Part shown: positions 1-4,718 of the stretch, in pieces | Layout of the letters: each line of letters opens with the position of its first letter | Numbering within the stretch: position 1 is the stretch's first letter | NCBI GenBank assembly: GCA_001784175.1 | Contig: MFPR01000027.1 | Location: forward strand, 579 to 45,150 | Source of the DNA: Candidatus Lindowbacteria bacterium RIFCSPLOWO2_12_FULL_62_27 | GTDB lineage: Bacteria > Lindowbacteria > 2-12-FULL-62-27 | Length of the DNA: 44,572 nt | Direction: 5' to 3' | Notes under the pieces: model-generated | What the model was told of the DNA's origin: nothing | The model's database searches: none | Seen by the model: only the letters and a program-made list of their open reading frames with translations | Made by a program: the position numbers and the translations under genes

Positions 1-582
1 CGTCGCCGTGCCGCTACTGCGGCACGGACGACGCCGAGAGAGACGACGGCGGGAATTCGGGCGGAATGCGGCGTACCGACAGCTGTTTATCTGCTGGCAA
101 GCGGCTCCTGGGATAGCCCCTCCGAAAGTTGTTTTGCGCTCGCCATGAATCTCCACCGGCGTGGGCGAGCGCTTCAATGAGGACCCGTATTTCGTTCCCG
201 GAATCGCACTCGCTGGGCGACCGATTTCGTCCTGCGGCAATTTTTGCCGCAGGGCGACGGCCGCCGAAAAAGCGCTGACGTTGCCTTCACGATCACGGGT
301 TCGCACATTGCCCCTGCCGCCGCGGTTGATCGGGAAGCACAGACGTGGGCGGGTTCGTCCCGGCCGCCGGAGGCGGGCGGGACGAGTGCCGCCGGCGATC
401 GCGTGTTGCGGAGGGAATGGGCACGGGGCAGCGGGATGTGGATGCGGCACGGAATATGCGCTCGTGCGGCACCACGTGTGTCTGCGGCGCATAATCGTAT
501 TCTTTGATCGTTTTTGGTTTCGGATCAAACTACATACGTTCGATACTCATCAATTGGTTACGGACTAAAAATCTTTTTTGCT

Positions 583-611
583 TGACTTTTTAAAATAAAA
601 GTCGATAATCC
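583..611 (+). promoter_or_regulatory. sigma70-like promoter (TTGACT -17 nt- GATAAT/ATAATC) in an AT-rich island
   Basis: TTGACT at 583-588, 17-nt AT-rich spacer, ATAAT at 606-610. The segment is locally AT-rich in a 65% GC context and sits upstream of the small ORF at 660. Confidence 0.45.
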
Positions 612-659
612 GAACAAAAGCAGCGGGCGTTGCCCGCAAAATGTTTTGGGGAGACAACT

Positions 660-848
660 ATGGTTCGAGTAACCCTGAGAGAAAGTCTTAAATCCAATCA
701 GCAACCATTATGCCTATGGGCCGCGATGTGCTCACGGACGGGGATTTATTTGCCCAGTGAGACAACCGTCAACCATATATCGCAGGCGGCCTTTAATAGT
801 GCTGATAGGAATCTCATAGACGCTCTCGGGAATAGGGTGCATACATGA
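660..848 (+). CDS. small hypothetical protein (62 aa); longer alternative start at ATG 630
   Basis: RBS GGGGAGA lies 5 nt upstream of ATG 660. The ORF sits between the predicted promoter and the intrinsic terminator. No recognizable domain. Confidence 0.3.
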   Translation: MVRVTLRESLKSNQQPLCLWAAMCSRTGIYLPSETTVNHISQAAFNSADRNLIDALGNRVHT

Positions 849-882
849 TCTAGTCGATCCAAGCGTATATTCGAACGCAAAA

Positions 883-924
883 CCCCGAGAGCCTTTCAAA
901 GGCTTTCGGGGTTTTTTGTTTTTT
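883..924 (+). terminator. Rho-independent terminator
   Basis: 11-bp GC-rich stem (ccccgagagcc / ggctttcgggg) with a 7-nt loop, followed by TTTTTTGTTTTTT. Confidence 0.65.
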
Positions 925-984
925 CTGGGGGTTTCGACATAGATCAGTTCTTTGACAAGTGAATACGGTGTTGTTTTTTCGTTT

Positions 985-1057
985 TGGAGAGTCGTCCAAA
1001 GGTAGGACCGCAGATTCTGGATCTGCGTATGCAGGTTCGATTCCTGCCTCTCCAGCC
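985..1057 (+). tRNA. tRNA-Gln(CTG), CCA encoded
   Basis: 7-bp acceptor tggagag/ctctcca. D stem gtcc/ggac. Anticodon stem gcaga/tctgc with loop ttCTGga. T arm gcagg-TTCGATT-cctgc. Discriminator G, then CCA. Confidence 0.8.
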
Positions 1058-1080
1058 AATTTTGTTTCGGGCAGTTTGGT

Positions 1081-1152
1081 GTGGTCGGAGCATGGCGGTC
1101 TGTGCGGCCGGTTGTGGCCCGGCATGCCTGGGTTCGACTCCCAGCGATCACC
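1081..1152 (+). tRNA. tRNA-His(GTG)
   Basis: Acceptor gtggtcg/cgatcac (one G-U). D stem gcat/gtgc with a GG loop. Anticodon stem gccgg/ccggc, loop ttGTGgc. T arm ctggg-TTCGACT-cccag. No G-1 or CCA encoded. Confidence 0.65.
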
Positions 1153-1167
1153 CCCGACTGCCTGGAT

Positions 1168-1252
1168 GGGCGTGTGGCAGAGCGGCGATTGCACCTGACT
1201 GTAGATCAGGCGGGCCTCTGGCCCTTCGGTGGTTCGAGTCCATCCACGCCCA
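1168..1252 (+). tRNA. tRNA-Tyr(GTA), class II
   Basis: Acceptor gggcgtg/cacgccc. 3-bp D stem. Anticodon stem cctga/tcagg, loop ctGTAga. Long variable arm. T arm ggtgg-TTCGAGT-ccatc. Confidence 0.8.
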
Positions 1253-1257
1253 TTTTT

Positions 1258-1331
1258 CCCGGTCGGAAGGAGATGGTCTCCTTGCCGCTCTCATAAGGCG
1301 GACATTCCGGGCTCGATACCCGGGGCCGGGA
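1258..1331 (+). tRNA. tRNA-Met(CAT), elongator or Ile2-type. Non-canonical T-loop CTCGATA.
   Basis: Acceptor cccggtc/ggccggg. D stem aagg/cctt. Anticodon stem ccgct/ggcgg, loop ctCATaa. T stem ccggg/cccgg. Confidence 0.6.
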
Positions 1332-1359
1332 CAAATTCTCAAGAAGGAGGTCGGAGAAA

Positions 1360-1587
1360 ATGGAGACGTACGTTTTGAAGTACACGGTGCGGTTCGTGAC
1401 GATTGACGATCCCACGGCGCGTCAGACTACTCAGCGGATTTTGACGACAGTTGGGGAATGTCTGAAAGACACACTCTCCGACCTGCCCTTGGTGGCGGAC
1501 ACGTTGGAGACGGAGGCGCGGTGTGTTCGTCACGGAGATCGGACTAACCGCGATATTCTGACTGGAAAATCTTCCGCATCAACATAA
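1360..1587 (+). CDS. hypothetical small protein (75 aa) inside the tRNA array
   Basis: Consensus RBS AAGGAGG at 1344-1350, 9 nt upstream of ATG 1360. The 228-nt ORF lies between tRNA-Met and the next tRNA-like gene. No recognizable domain. Confidence 0.35.
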   Translation: METYVLKYTVRFVTIDDPTARQTTQRILTTVGECLKDTLSDLPLVADTLETEARCVRHGDRTNRDILTGKSSAST

Positions 1588-1588
1588 C

Positions 1589-1667
1589 TGCGGAGGGGAG
1601 GTGGACGGCGGAGCCGTCTTCGAGGGCCCATAACCCTCTTAAGCCGGTGCGACTCCGGCCTCCGCTA
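1589..1667 (+). tRNA. tRNA-like, anticodon CAT, initiator-like features. About 79 nt with an expanded D region; possibly a pseudo or atypical tRNA.
   Basis: Acceptor gcggag/ctccgc with an unpaired 1:72. Anticodon stem gaggg/ccctc carries three consecutive G-C pairs, as in initiator tRNA. Loop ccCATaa. T stem gccgg/ccggc with loop TGCGACT. An extra 5-bp hairpin gacgg-cggag-ccgtc sits in the D region. Confidence 0.35.
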
Positions 1668-1668
1668 T

Positions 1669-1753
1669 GGACTCGTCGCCTAATTGGAATGGCCCCAGAC
1701 TCTTAATCTGGCGGGCGTTACGCCCATTGGGAGTTCGAGTCTCCCCGGGTCCA
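1669..1753 (+). tRNA. class II-shaped tRNA with anticodon CTT (Lys-type)
   Basis: Acceptor ggactcg/cgggtcc. 3-bp D stem gcc/ggc. Anticodon stem ccaga/tctgg, loop ctCTTaa. 17-nt extra arm forms hairpin gggcg-tta-cgccc. T arm gggag-TTCGAGT-ctccc. Discriminator A. Confidence 0.55.
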
Positions 1754-1760
1754 TTTGTAT

Positions 1761-1843
1761 TCCGAGGTCGCCTAATTGGTCGGGCAGCGCACTGTTAATG
1801 CGCCGCGGATTTCGCACTGTGGGTTCGAATCCCACCCTCGGAG
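1761..1843 (+). tRNA. class II-shaped tRNA with anticodon GTT (Asn-type)
   Basis: Acceptor tccgagg/cctcgga. 3-bp D stem gcc/ggc. Anticodon stem gcgca/tgcgc, loop ctGTTaa. 15-nt extra arm (gcg-gattt-cgc). T arm gtggg-TTCGAAT-cccac. Discriminator G. Confidence 0.55.
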
Positions 1844-1909
1844 TTTTTTCAAACGGTTTGAAGGAGGTGATGGAATTGAAATCGGACAAAGACGGTAAAG
1901 GGTAGTGAT

Positions 1910-1982
1910 GGGCTTGTAACTCAATTGGCTGAGTACCGGACTTTTAATCCGGGAGATGTGGGTTCGAGTCCCACCGGGCCCA
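1910..1982 (+). tRNA. tRNA-Lys(TTT)
   Basis: Acceptor gggcttg/cgggccc. D stem actc/gagt. Anticodon stem ccgga/tccgg, loop ctTTTaa. T arm gtggg-TTCGAGT-cccac. Confidence 0.85.
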
Positions 1983-1988
1983 AGATAC

Positions 1989-2073
1989 GGCGCAGTGGTG
2001 GAACTGGGATACACGCGAGTCTCAGAAACTCGTGCTCTATTCGAGCGTGAGAGTTCGAATCTCTCCTGCGCCA
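1989..2073 (+). tRNA. tRNA-Leu(CAG), class II
   Basis: Acceptor ggcgcag/ctgcgcc. 3-bp D stem. Anticodon stem cgagt/actcg, loop ctCAGaa. Extra arm gctc-tatt-cgagc. T arm gagag-TTCGAAT-ctctc. Discriminator A. Confidence 0.85.
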
Positions 2074-2078
2074 TTTTT

Positions 2079-2152
2079 GCGGCATTCGTATAGGGGCAAT
2101 ACATCACGTTGCCAACGTGAAGACACGAGTTCAATTCTCGTATGCCGCTCCA
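2079..2152 (+). tRNA. tRNA-Gly(GCC), CCA encoded
   Basis: Acceptor gcggcat/atgccgc. D stem gtat/atac. Anticodon stem tcacg/cgtga, loop ttGCCaa. T arm acgag-TTCAATT-ctcgt. Discriminator T, then CCA. Confidence 0.85.
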
Positions 2153-2155
2153 AGT

Positions 2156-2390
2156 GGAGGGTGAATCGATCGGGGATCGGCGCTGTGTGCTACACAGTTG
2201 GTCCGCCATGCGCGGATAGGGGTCGGCCGTTCGCGACATCCGTGTCGCTCGGCGGCACTTCCTCCGTCCATGGAGGTCGGGACCTTCGCCCTCCGTTACG
2301 GAGAGTCAACCTCGCAGGGCGAGGCACTGGTTTGAAACCAGAGGGTCCGCGAAAGTGGATGAGGATCGAGACCTCGGCTCTCCGCAAGAT
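2156..2390 (+). ncRNA. structured RNA-like element A (unassigned family). Domain 1 spans 2156-2294 and domain 2 spans 2299-2384.
   Basis: Not a tRNA. A 6-7 bp closing helix ggaggg(t)/(g)ccctcc encloses domain 1, which holds a 64-nt core nearly identical to element B. A second domain is closed by (c)ggagag/ctctcc(g). Internal hairpins tccgc-N5-gcgga and cctcc-gtccat-ggagg. Compensatory changes relative to paralog B. Confidence 0.4.
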
Positions 2391-2463
2391 GCGGGCGTGG
2401 TGTTCAACAGCAGCATGACAGTCTTCCAAACTGTCGGTGCCGGTGCAATTCCGGTCGCCCGCT
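2391..2463 (+). tRNA. tRNA-Gly(TCC)-like. Weak D arm, non-canonical T-loop TGCAATT.
   Basis: Acceptor gcgggcg/cgcccgc. Anticodon stem acagt/actgt, loop ctTCCaa. T stem gccgg/ccggt. The D loop lacks GG. Confidence 0.5.
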
Positions 2464-2469
2464 CAAAAC

Positions 2470-2543
2470 AGCCTCGTCGTCCAACTGGACAGGACACCTC
2501 TTTGCGAAGGAGGAGATTGCGCGTTCAAGTCGCGCCGAGGCTA
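2470..2543 (+). tRNA. tRNA-Arg(GCG)-like, atypical D arm
   Basis: Acceptor agcctcg/cgaggct. Anticodon stem cctct/ggagg, loop ttGCGaa. T arm gcgcg-TTCAAGT-cgcgc. The D region is one nucleotide too long with a short loop. Confidence 0.45.
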
Positions 2544-2545
2544 TA

Positions 2546-2780
2546 GGGAAGGTGAACCTCGCGGGCGGGGCGCTGTTTGGAAGACAGTCGGTCCGCTTAA
2601 AGCGGATGCGGGTCGGCCGTTCGCGACATCCCTGTCGCTCTGCGGCACTTCCTCCGTCCATGGAGGTCGGGACCGCCGCCTTCCGTTGTGGAGAGTGAAA
2701 CCGGGAAGCCCGATCGCCGTTCCGAAGACGGATGGCCCCGCCATGCGGGGTGGGGTGCGATACCTCCGCTCTCCGAAATA
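2546..2780 (+). ncRNA. structured RNA-like element B, paralog of A. Domain 1 spans 2547-2684 and domain 2 spans 2689-2775.
   Basis: Closing helix ggaagg(t)/(g)ccttcc. The 4th pair is A-U here versus G-C in element A. The 64-nt core at 2611-2674 is about 97% identical to 2221-2284. Hairpin tccgc-ttaaa-gcgga has the same stem as in A with a different loop. Second domain closed by (t)ggagag/ctctcc(g). Confidence 0.4.
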
Positions 2781-2851
2781 GGCCGGTAGTATCAACAGTA
2801 GAACGTCGGTCTCCAAAACCGAAGGTCTCGGGGCAGAACCGAGCCGGCCTG
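2780..2851 (+). tRNA. tRNA-Trp(CCA)-like. Poor D stem, non-canonical T-loop GGCAGAA.
   Basis: Acceptor aggccgg/ccggcct. Anticodon stem tcggt/accga, loop ctCCAaa. T stem ctcgg/ccgag. Confidence 0.45.
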
Positions 2852-2903
2852 TGACTGAAAGGAATCCCCGAGGTACTCGCCCGAAGGGCGGGTCGGGGAC
2901 CAT

Positions 2904-2976
2904 GGGCACTGAGCAGGCGTAGTCGTTGCGTCCGGCTGAAGACCGGAAGAGCGTGGTGCGATCCCACGAGTGCCCA
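2904..2976 (+). tRNA. tRNA-Phe(GAA). T-loop TGCGATC.
   Basis: Acceptor gggcact/agtgccc. D stem gcag/ttgc. Anticodon stem tccgg/ccgga, loop ctGAAga. T stem cgtgg/ccacg. Discriminator A. Confidence 0.7.
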
Positions 2977-2979
2977 CTT

Positions 2980-3049
2980 CGCGGCGAGCAGAGAAGCTCT
3001 GGGATGGTCTGCAAAACCATCAAAGTCGGGGCGGTACCGACCGCCGTGT
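2980..3049 (+). tRNA. tRNA-Cys(GCA)-like. Short D loop, non-canonical T-loop GGCGGTA.
   Basis: Acceptor cgcggcg/cgccgtg (one G-U). D hairpin cagag-aagc-ctctg. Anticodon stem atggt/accat, loop ctGCAaa. T stem gtcgg/ccgac. Confidence 0.45.
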
Positions 3050-3052
3050 CAC

Positions 3053-3123
3053 GCCCGATTAGGTCAGTGGCAGACCAACCGTCTTGTAAGCGGTGAACGT
3101 CGGCTCGATTCCGACATCGGGCT
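3053..3123 (+). tRNA. tRNA-Thr(TGT). T-loop CTCGATT.
   Basis: Acceptor gcccgat/atcgggc. D stem ggtc/gacc with a GG loop. Anticodon stem accgt/gcggt, loop ctTGTaa. T stem gtcgg/ccgac. Confidence 0.75.
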
Positions 3124-3130
3124 TACCTGC

Positions 3131-3203
3131 GCCCTCCTAATTCAATTGGACAGAAACGGGAGTTTCTACCTCTCGGATGCGTGTTCGAGTCACGCGGAGG
3201 GCA
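3131..3203 (+). tRNA. tRNA-Arg(TCT)
   Basis: Acceptor gccctcc/ggagggc. D loop contains GG. Anticodon stem gggag/ctctc, loop ttTCTac. T arm gcgtg-TTCGAGT-cacgc. Confidence 0.8.
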
Positions 3204-3209
3204 ATTCTC

Positions 3210-3280
3210 GCCGCCATAGTTCAGTGGCAGAACAGAAAACTCGTAATTTTCAGACCTGCGTTCGATTCGCAGTGGCGGCT
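3210..3280 (+). tRNA. tRNA-Thr(CGT)
   Basis: Acceptor gccgcca/tggcggc. D stem gttc/gaac. Anticodon stem gaaaa/ttttc, loop ctCGTaa. T arm ctgcg-TTCGATT-cgcag. Confidence 0.85.
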
Positions 3281-3284
3281 TTTC

Positions 3285-3356
3285 GGGGGCGTAGTGAGAA
3301 CGATAACACGGCTGGTCTGCACCCAGCAGATGAGAGTTTGAATCTCTCCGCCTCCA
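3285..3356 (+). tRNA. tRNA-Ala(TGC) with the G3:U70 identity pair
   Basis: Acceptor gggggcg/cgcctcc with G3-U70. Anticodon stem gctgg/ccagc, loop tcTGCac. T arm gagag-TTTGAAT-ctctc. Discriminator A. Confidence 0.75.
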
Positions 3357-3361
3357 CTTTT

Positions 3362-3447
3362 CGGCGTGTGGCTGAACGGTAAAAGCGCCGTCCTGATAAG
3401 GCGGTGGGCTGAAGTAGTCCGCGTGCGTTCGACTCGCACCGCGCCGA
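3362..3447 (+). tRNA. class II-shaped tRNA with anticodon GAT (Ile-type)
   Basis: Acceptor cggcgtg/cgcgccg. 3-bp D stem gct/agc with a GG loop. Anticodon stem ccgtc/ggcgg, loop ctGATaa. 18-nt extra arm (gggc-tgaagta-gtcc). T arm gtgcg-TTCGACT-cgcac. Discriminator A. Confidence 0.55.
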
Positions 3448-3455
3448 GCATTTAC

Positions 3456-3548
3456 CCACGGGTAGCATAGCGGCCAATGCAGCAGGCCTATAACCTGCGT
3501 TAGCTCCGGACTGGGGCGAGATCGTGGGTTCGAGTCCCACCCCGTGGA
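3456..3548 (+). tRNA. class II-shaped tRNA with anticodon TAT (AUA-reading or Ile2-type). Very long extra arm of about 25 nt.
   Basis: Acceptor ccacggg/cccgtgg. D stem gcat/atgc with a GG loop. Anticodon stem gcagg/cctgc, loop ccTATaa. T arm gtggg-TTCGAGT-cccac. Discriminator A. Confidence 0.45.
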
Positions 3549-3569
3549 TTTGATGTGTGAGGTACATAC

Positions 3570-3644
3570 GGCTCGGTGGTGTAGCAGCCTGCACACGGCT
3601 CTGTCACAGCCGAGGTACGAGGGCAGCACTCGTCCGAGCCGCCA
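3570..3644 (+). tRNA. tRNA-Asp(GTC), CCA encoded. Non-canonical T-loop GGCAGCA.
   Basis: Acceptor ggctcgg/ccgagcc. Anticodon stem cggct/agccg, loop ctGTCac. T stem acgag/ctcgt. Discriminator G, then CCA. Confidence 0.6.
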
Positions 3645-3645
3645 T

Positions 3646-3721
3646 CAGGGAATGGGATAATCTGGTAGTCCGCCGCACTTGGGACGCGGTCGTCCGAGTT
3701 CAAATCTCGGTTCCCTGACCA
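3646..3721 (+). tRNA. tRNA-Pro(TGG), CCA encoded
   Basis: Acceptor cagggaa/ttccctg. D stem ggat/gtcc with a GG loop. Anticodon loop ctTGGga. T arm ccgag-TTCAAAT-ctcgg. Discriminator A, then CCA. Confidence 0.75.
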
Positions 3722-3733
3722 AACTTCAAGTAC

Positions 3734-3808
3734 GGGCGCGTGGTCCAGCAGCGAAGACATCAGTCCTACAAACTGAAAACCTCGGTGCAAGTCCGAGCGT
3801 GCCCACCA
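3734..3808 (+). tRNA. tRNA-Val(TAC), CCA encoded. T-loop TGCAAGT.
   Basis: Acceptor gggcgcg/cgtgccc. Anticodon stem tcagt/actga, loop ccTACaa. T stem ctcgg/ccgag. Discriminator A, then CCA. Confidence 0.7.
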
Positions 3809-3865
3809 AATCTGACCGACCGGATGGAGGAAATGTCGCGGGCGCCAGGGATGGCGCAGGAGCGA

Positions 3866-3942
3866 CCTCTCGTCGCCCAATTGGAAAAGGCACCGATTTC
3901 CTAAATCGGGGACTGCGCGTTCGAATCGCGCCGAGAGGCCCA
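3866..3942 (+). tRNA. tRNA-Arg(CCT), CCA encoded
   Basis: Acceptor cctctcg/cgagagg. D stem gcc/ggc with a GG loop. Anticodon stem ccgat/atcgg, loop ttCCTaa. T arm gcgcg-TTCGAAT-cgcgc. Discriminator C, then CCA. Confidence 0.8.
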
Positions 3943-3955
3943 GTAAGACCAATGA

Positions 3956-4028
3956 CCGCTCGTAGTGAAACTGGATATCACGCGACGCTTCGAACGTCGT
4001 AATGAGGGTTCGAATCCTTCCGAGCGGA
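3956..4028 (+). tRNA. tRNA-Arg(TCG)
   Basis: Acceptor ccgctcg/cgagcgg. D stem gtga/tcac with a GG loop. Anticodon stem cgacg/cgtcg, loop ctTCGaa. T arm gaggg-TTCGAAT-ccttc. Confidence 0.85.
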
Positions 4029-4033
4029 TTTGT

Positions 4034-4116
4034 GGCGATGTGGCGGAACGGAATACGCGGCTGTTTCAAGAACAGTTGATCGTAAGATCGTGAGAGTTCG
4101 ACTCTCTCCATCGCCA
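4034..4116 (+). tRNA. tRNA-Leu(CAA), class II
   Basis: Acceptor ggcgatg/catcgcc. 3-bp D stem. Anticodon stem gctgt/acagt, loop ttCAAga. Extra arm gatcg-taa-gatcg. T arm gagag-TTCGACT-ctctc. Discriminator A. Confidence 0.8.
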
Positions 4117-4121
4117 ATTTT

Positions 4122-4205
4122 GCGGGCGTGGCGGAATGGGATACGCGGCGGATTTAAGACCCGCTGGGGCAGAGCCCCGTGCAGGTTCAAGTCCTGTCAC
4201 CCGCA
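4122..4205 (+). tRNA. tRNA-Leu(TAA), class II
   Basis: Acceptor gcgggcg/cacccgc (one mismatch). 3-bp D stem. Anticodon loop ttTAAga. Extra arm ggggc-aga-gcccc. T arm gcagg-TTCAAGT-cctgt. Discriminator A. Confidence 0.7.
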
Positions 4206-4208
4206 TTC

Positions 4209-4295
4209 GGCCGAGTGGTGGAACTGGAATACACGCGCGGTTGAGGTCCTCGTGGACGAAAGTAGTCCTTGCGAGTTCGAGTCTCGCCTCGGCCA
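4209..4295 (+). tRNA. tRNA-Leu(GAG), class II
   Basis: Acceptor ggccgag/ctcggcc. 3-bp D stem. Anticodon loop ttGAGgt. Extra arm ggac-gaaagta-gtcc. T arm gcgag-TTCGAGT-ctcgc. Discriminator A. Confidence 0.75.
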
Positions 4296-4300
4296 GTTTT

Positions 4301-4373
4301 GGGGCGGTAGGCGAATGGTAGAGCCGCCGGCCTTTCAAGCCGGAGTCTGTGGGTTCAAGTCCCATCCGCCCTG
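4301..4373 (+). tRNA. tRNA-Glu(TTC)
   Basis: Acceptor ggggcgg/ccgccct (G1-U72). D stem ggc/gcc. Anticodon stem ccggc/gccgg, loop ctTTCaa. T arm gtggg-TTCAAGT-cccat. Discriminator G. Confidence 0.8.
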
Positions 4374-4377
4374 TTGT

Positions 4378-4450
4378 GGGGGTATCGGCTAATCGGCAGG
4401 CCGCCGTGTTCTCAGCGCGGAAACCGCGGGTTCGAATCCCCGTACCCCTG
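4378..4450 (+). tRNA. tRNA-Glu(CTC)-like. Imperfect T stem.
   Basis: Acceptor gggggta/tacccct. D stem ggct/ggcc. Anticodon stem ccgtg/cgcgg, loop ttCTCag. Only 3 of 5 T-stem pairs form around TTCGAAT. Discriminator G. Confidence 0.45.
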
Positions 4451-4455
4451 GTCAT

Positions 4456-4530
4456 TGGGGAGTCGTCTAATAGGTAGGACGCGAGACTTTGGATCTCGCT
4501 ATGCAGGATCGAAGCCTGCCTCCCCAGCCA
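4456..4530 (+). tRNA. tRNA-Gln(TTG), CCA encoded. Non-canonical T-loop ATCGAAG.
   Basis: Acceptor tggggag/ctcccca. Same architecture as the first Gln. Anticodon stem cgaga/tctcg, loop ctTTGga. Discriminator G, then CCA. Confidence 0.7.
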
Positions 4531-4645
4531 TTTTCGAACAAATACGAACGTTGGCGCGGGCACGCCAGCGGCGCACAGGTGACCAAGTATCTTGGATTTC
4601 ATTTGTGCGTTCCGCCAATGGATTCTAAACGTGCCCGGAGCCAGA

Positions 4646-4718
4646 CGTTGGTTAGCTCAGCAGGCAGAGCATCAGGCTGTGAACCTGAGAGTCGCGGGTT
4701 CGAATCCCGCACCAACTT
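4646..4718 (+). tRNA. tRNA-His(GTG)-like, second copy. 1:72 mismatch.
   Basis: Acceptor cgttggt/accaact with C1 unpaired against T72. D stem gctc/gagc with a GG loop. Anticodon stem tcagg/cctga, loop ctGTGaa. T arm gcggg-TTCGAAT-cccgc. Confidence 0.55.

Noticed and set aside
1-568. ORFs 161-568(+), 244-507(+) and 293-475(-) at the window start
   Set aside because: Arg/Pro/Gly-rich low-complexity translations typical of random frames in high-GC DNA. No RBS or start context. Left unannotated.
1870-1905. 11-codon ORF (MELKSDKDGKG) after AAGGAGG
   Set aside because: The Shine-Dalgarno to ATG spacing is only 2 nt, too short for initiation. More likely the GGAGG is incidental, or part of tRNA 3' processing context.
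2221-2674. Two ~64-nt near-identical repeats considered as a CRISPR array
   Set aside because: There are only two copies, 390 bp apart, each embedded in a larger conserved structured element, with no short uniform spacers. Not CRISPR.
2156-2780. Elements A/B considered as RNase P RNA, tmRNA, SRP/4.5S, 6S RNA or group I/II introns
   Set aside because: I could not see the hallmark motifs: RNase P GGAAAGUCCGG, the tmRNA TLD with a tag ORF ending in AA, the SRP GGAA/AGCAGC domain IV, or group I P/Q/R/S. Left as an unassigned structured RNA.
3210-3280. Second tRNA-Thr(CGT) considered as the att duplicate of the integrase-adjacent tRNA-Thr(CGT)
   Set aside because: The two genes differ throughout, including the 3' halves (…ctgcgttcgattcgcagtggcggct vs …ggcggttcgattccgcccgttggct). 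They are isoacceptor paralogs, not an attL/attR duplication.
1772-4602. Long ORFs running through the tRNA array (e.g. 1772-2239-, 2404-2967-, 2541-3023-, 3500-4117-, 4066-4602-)
   Set aside because: They span multiple well-folded tRNA genes on the opposite or same strand and have implausible composition. They are artefacts of stop-codon-poor GC-rich sequence.
4551-4621. Possible tRNA remnant (gttggcg … cgccaat acceptor-like complementarity)
   Set aside because: No T arm or anticodon arm can be formed. Probably spacer sequence.
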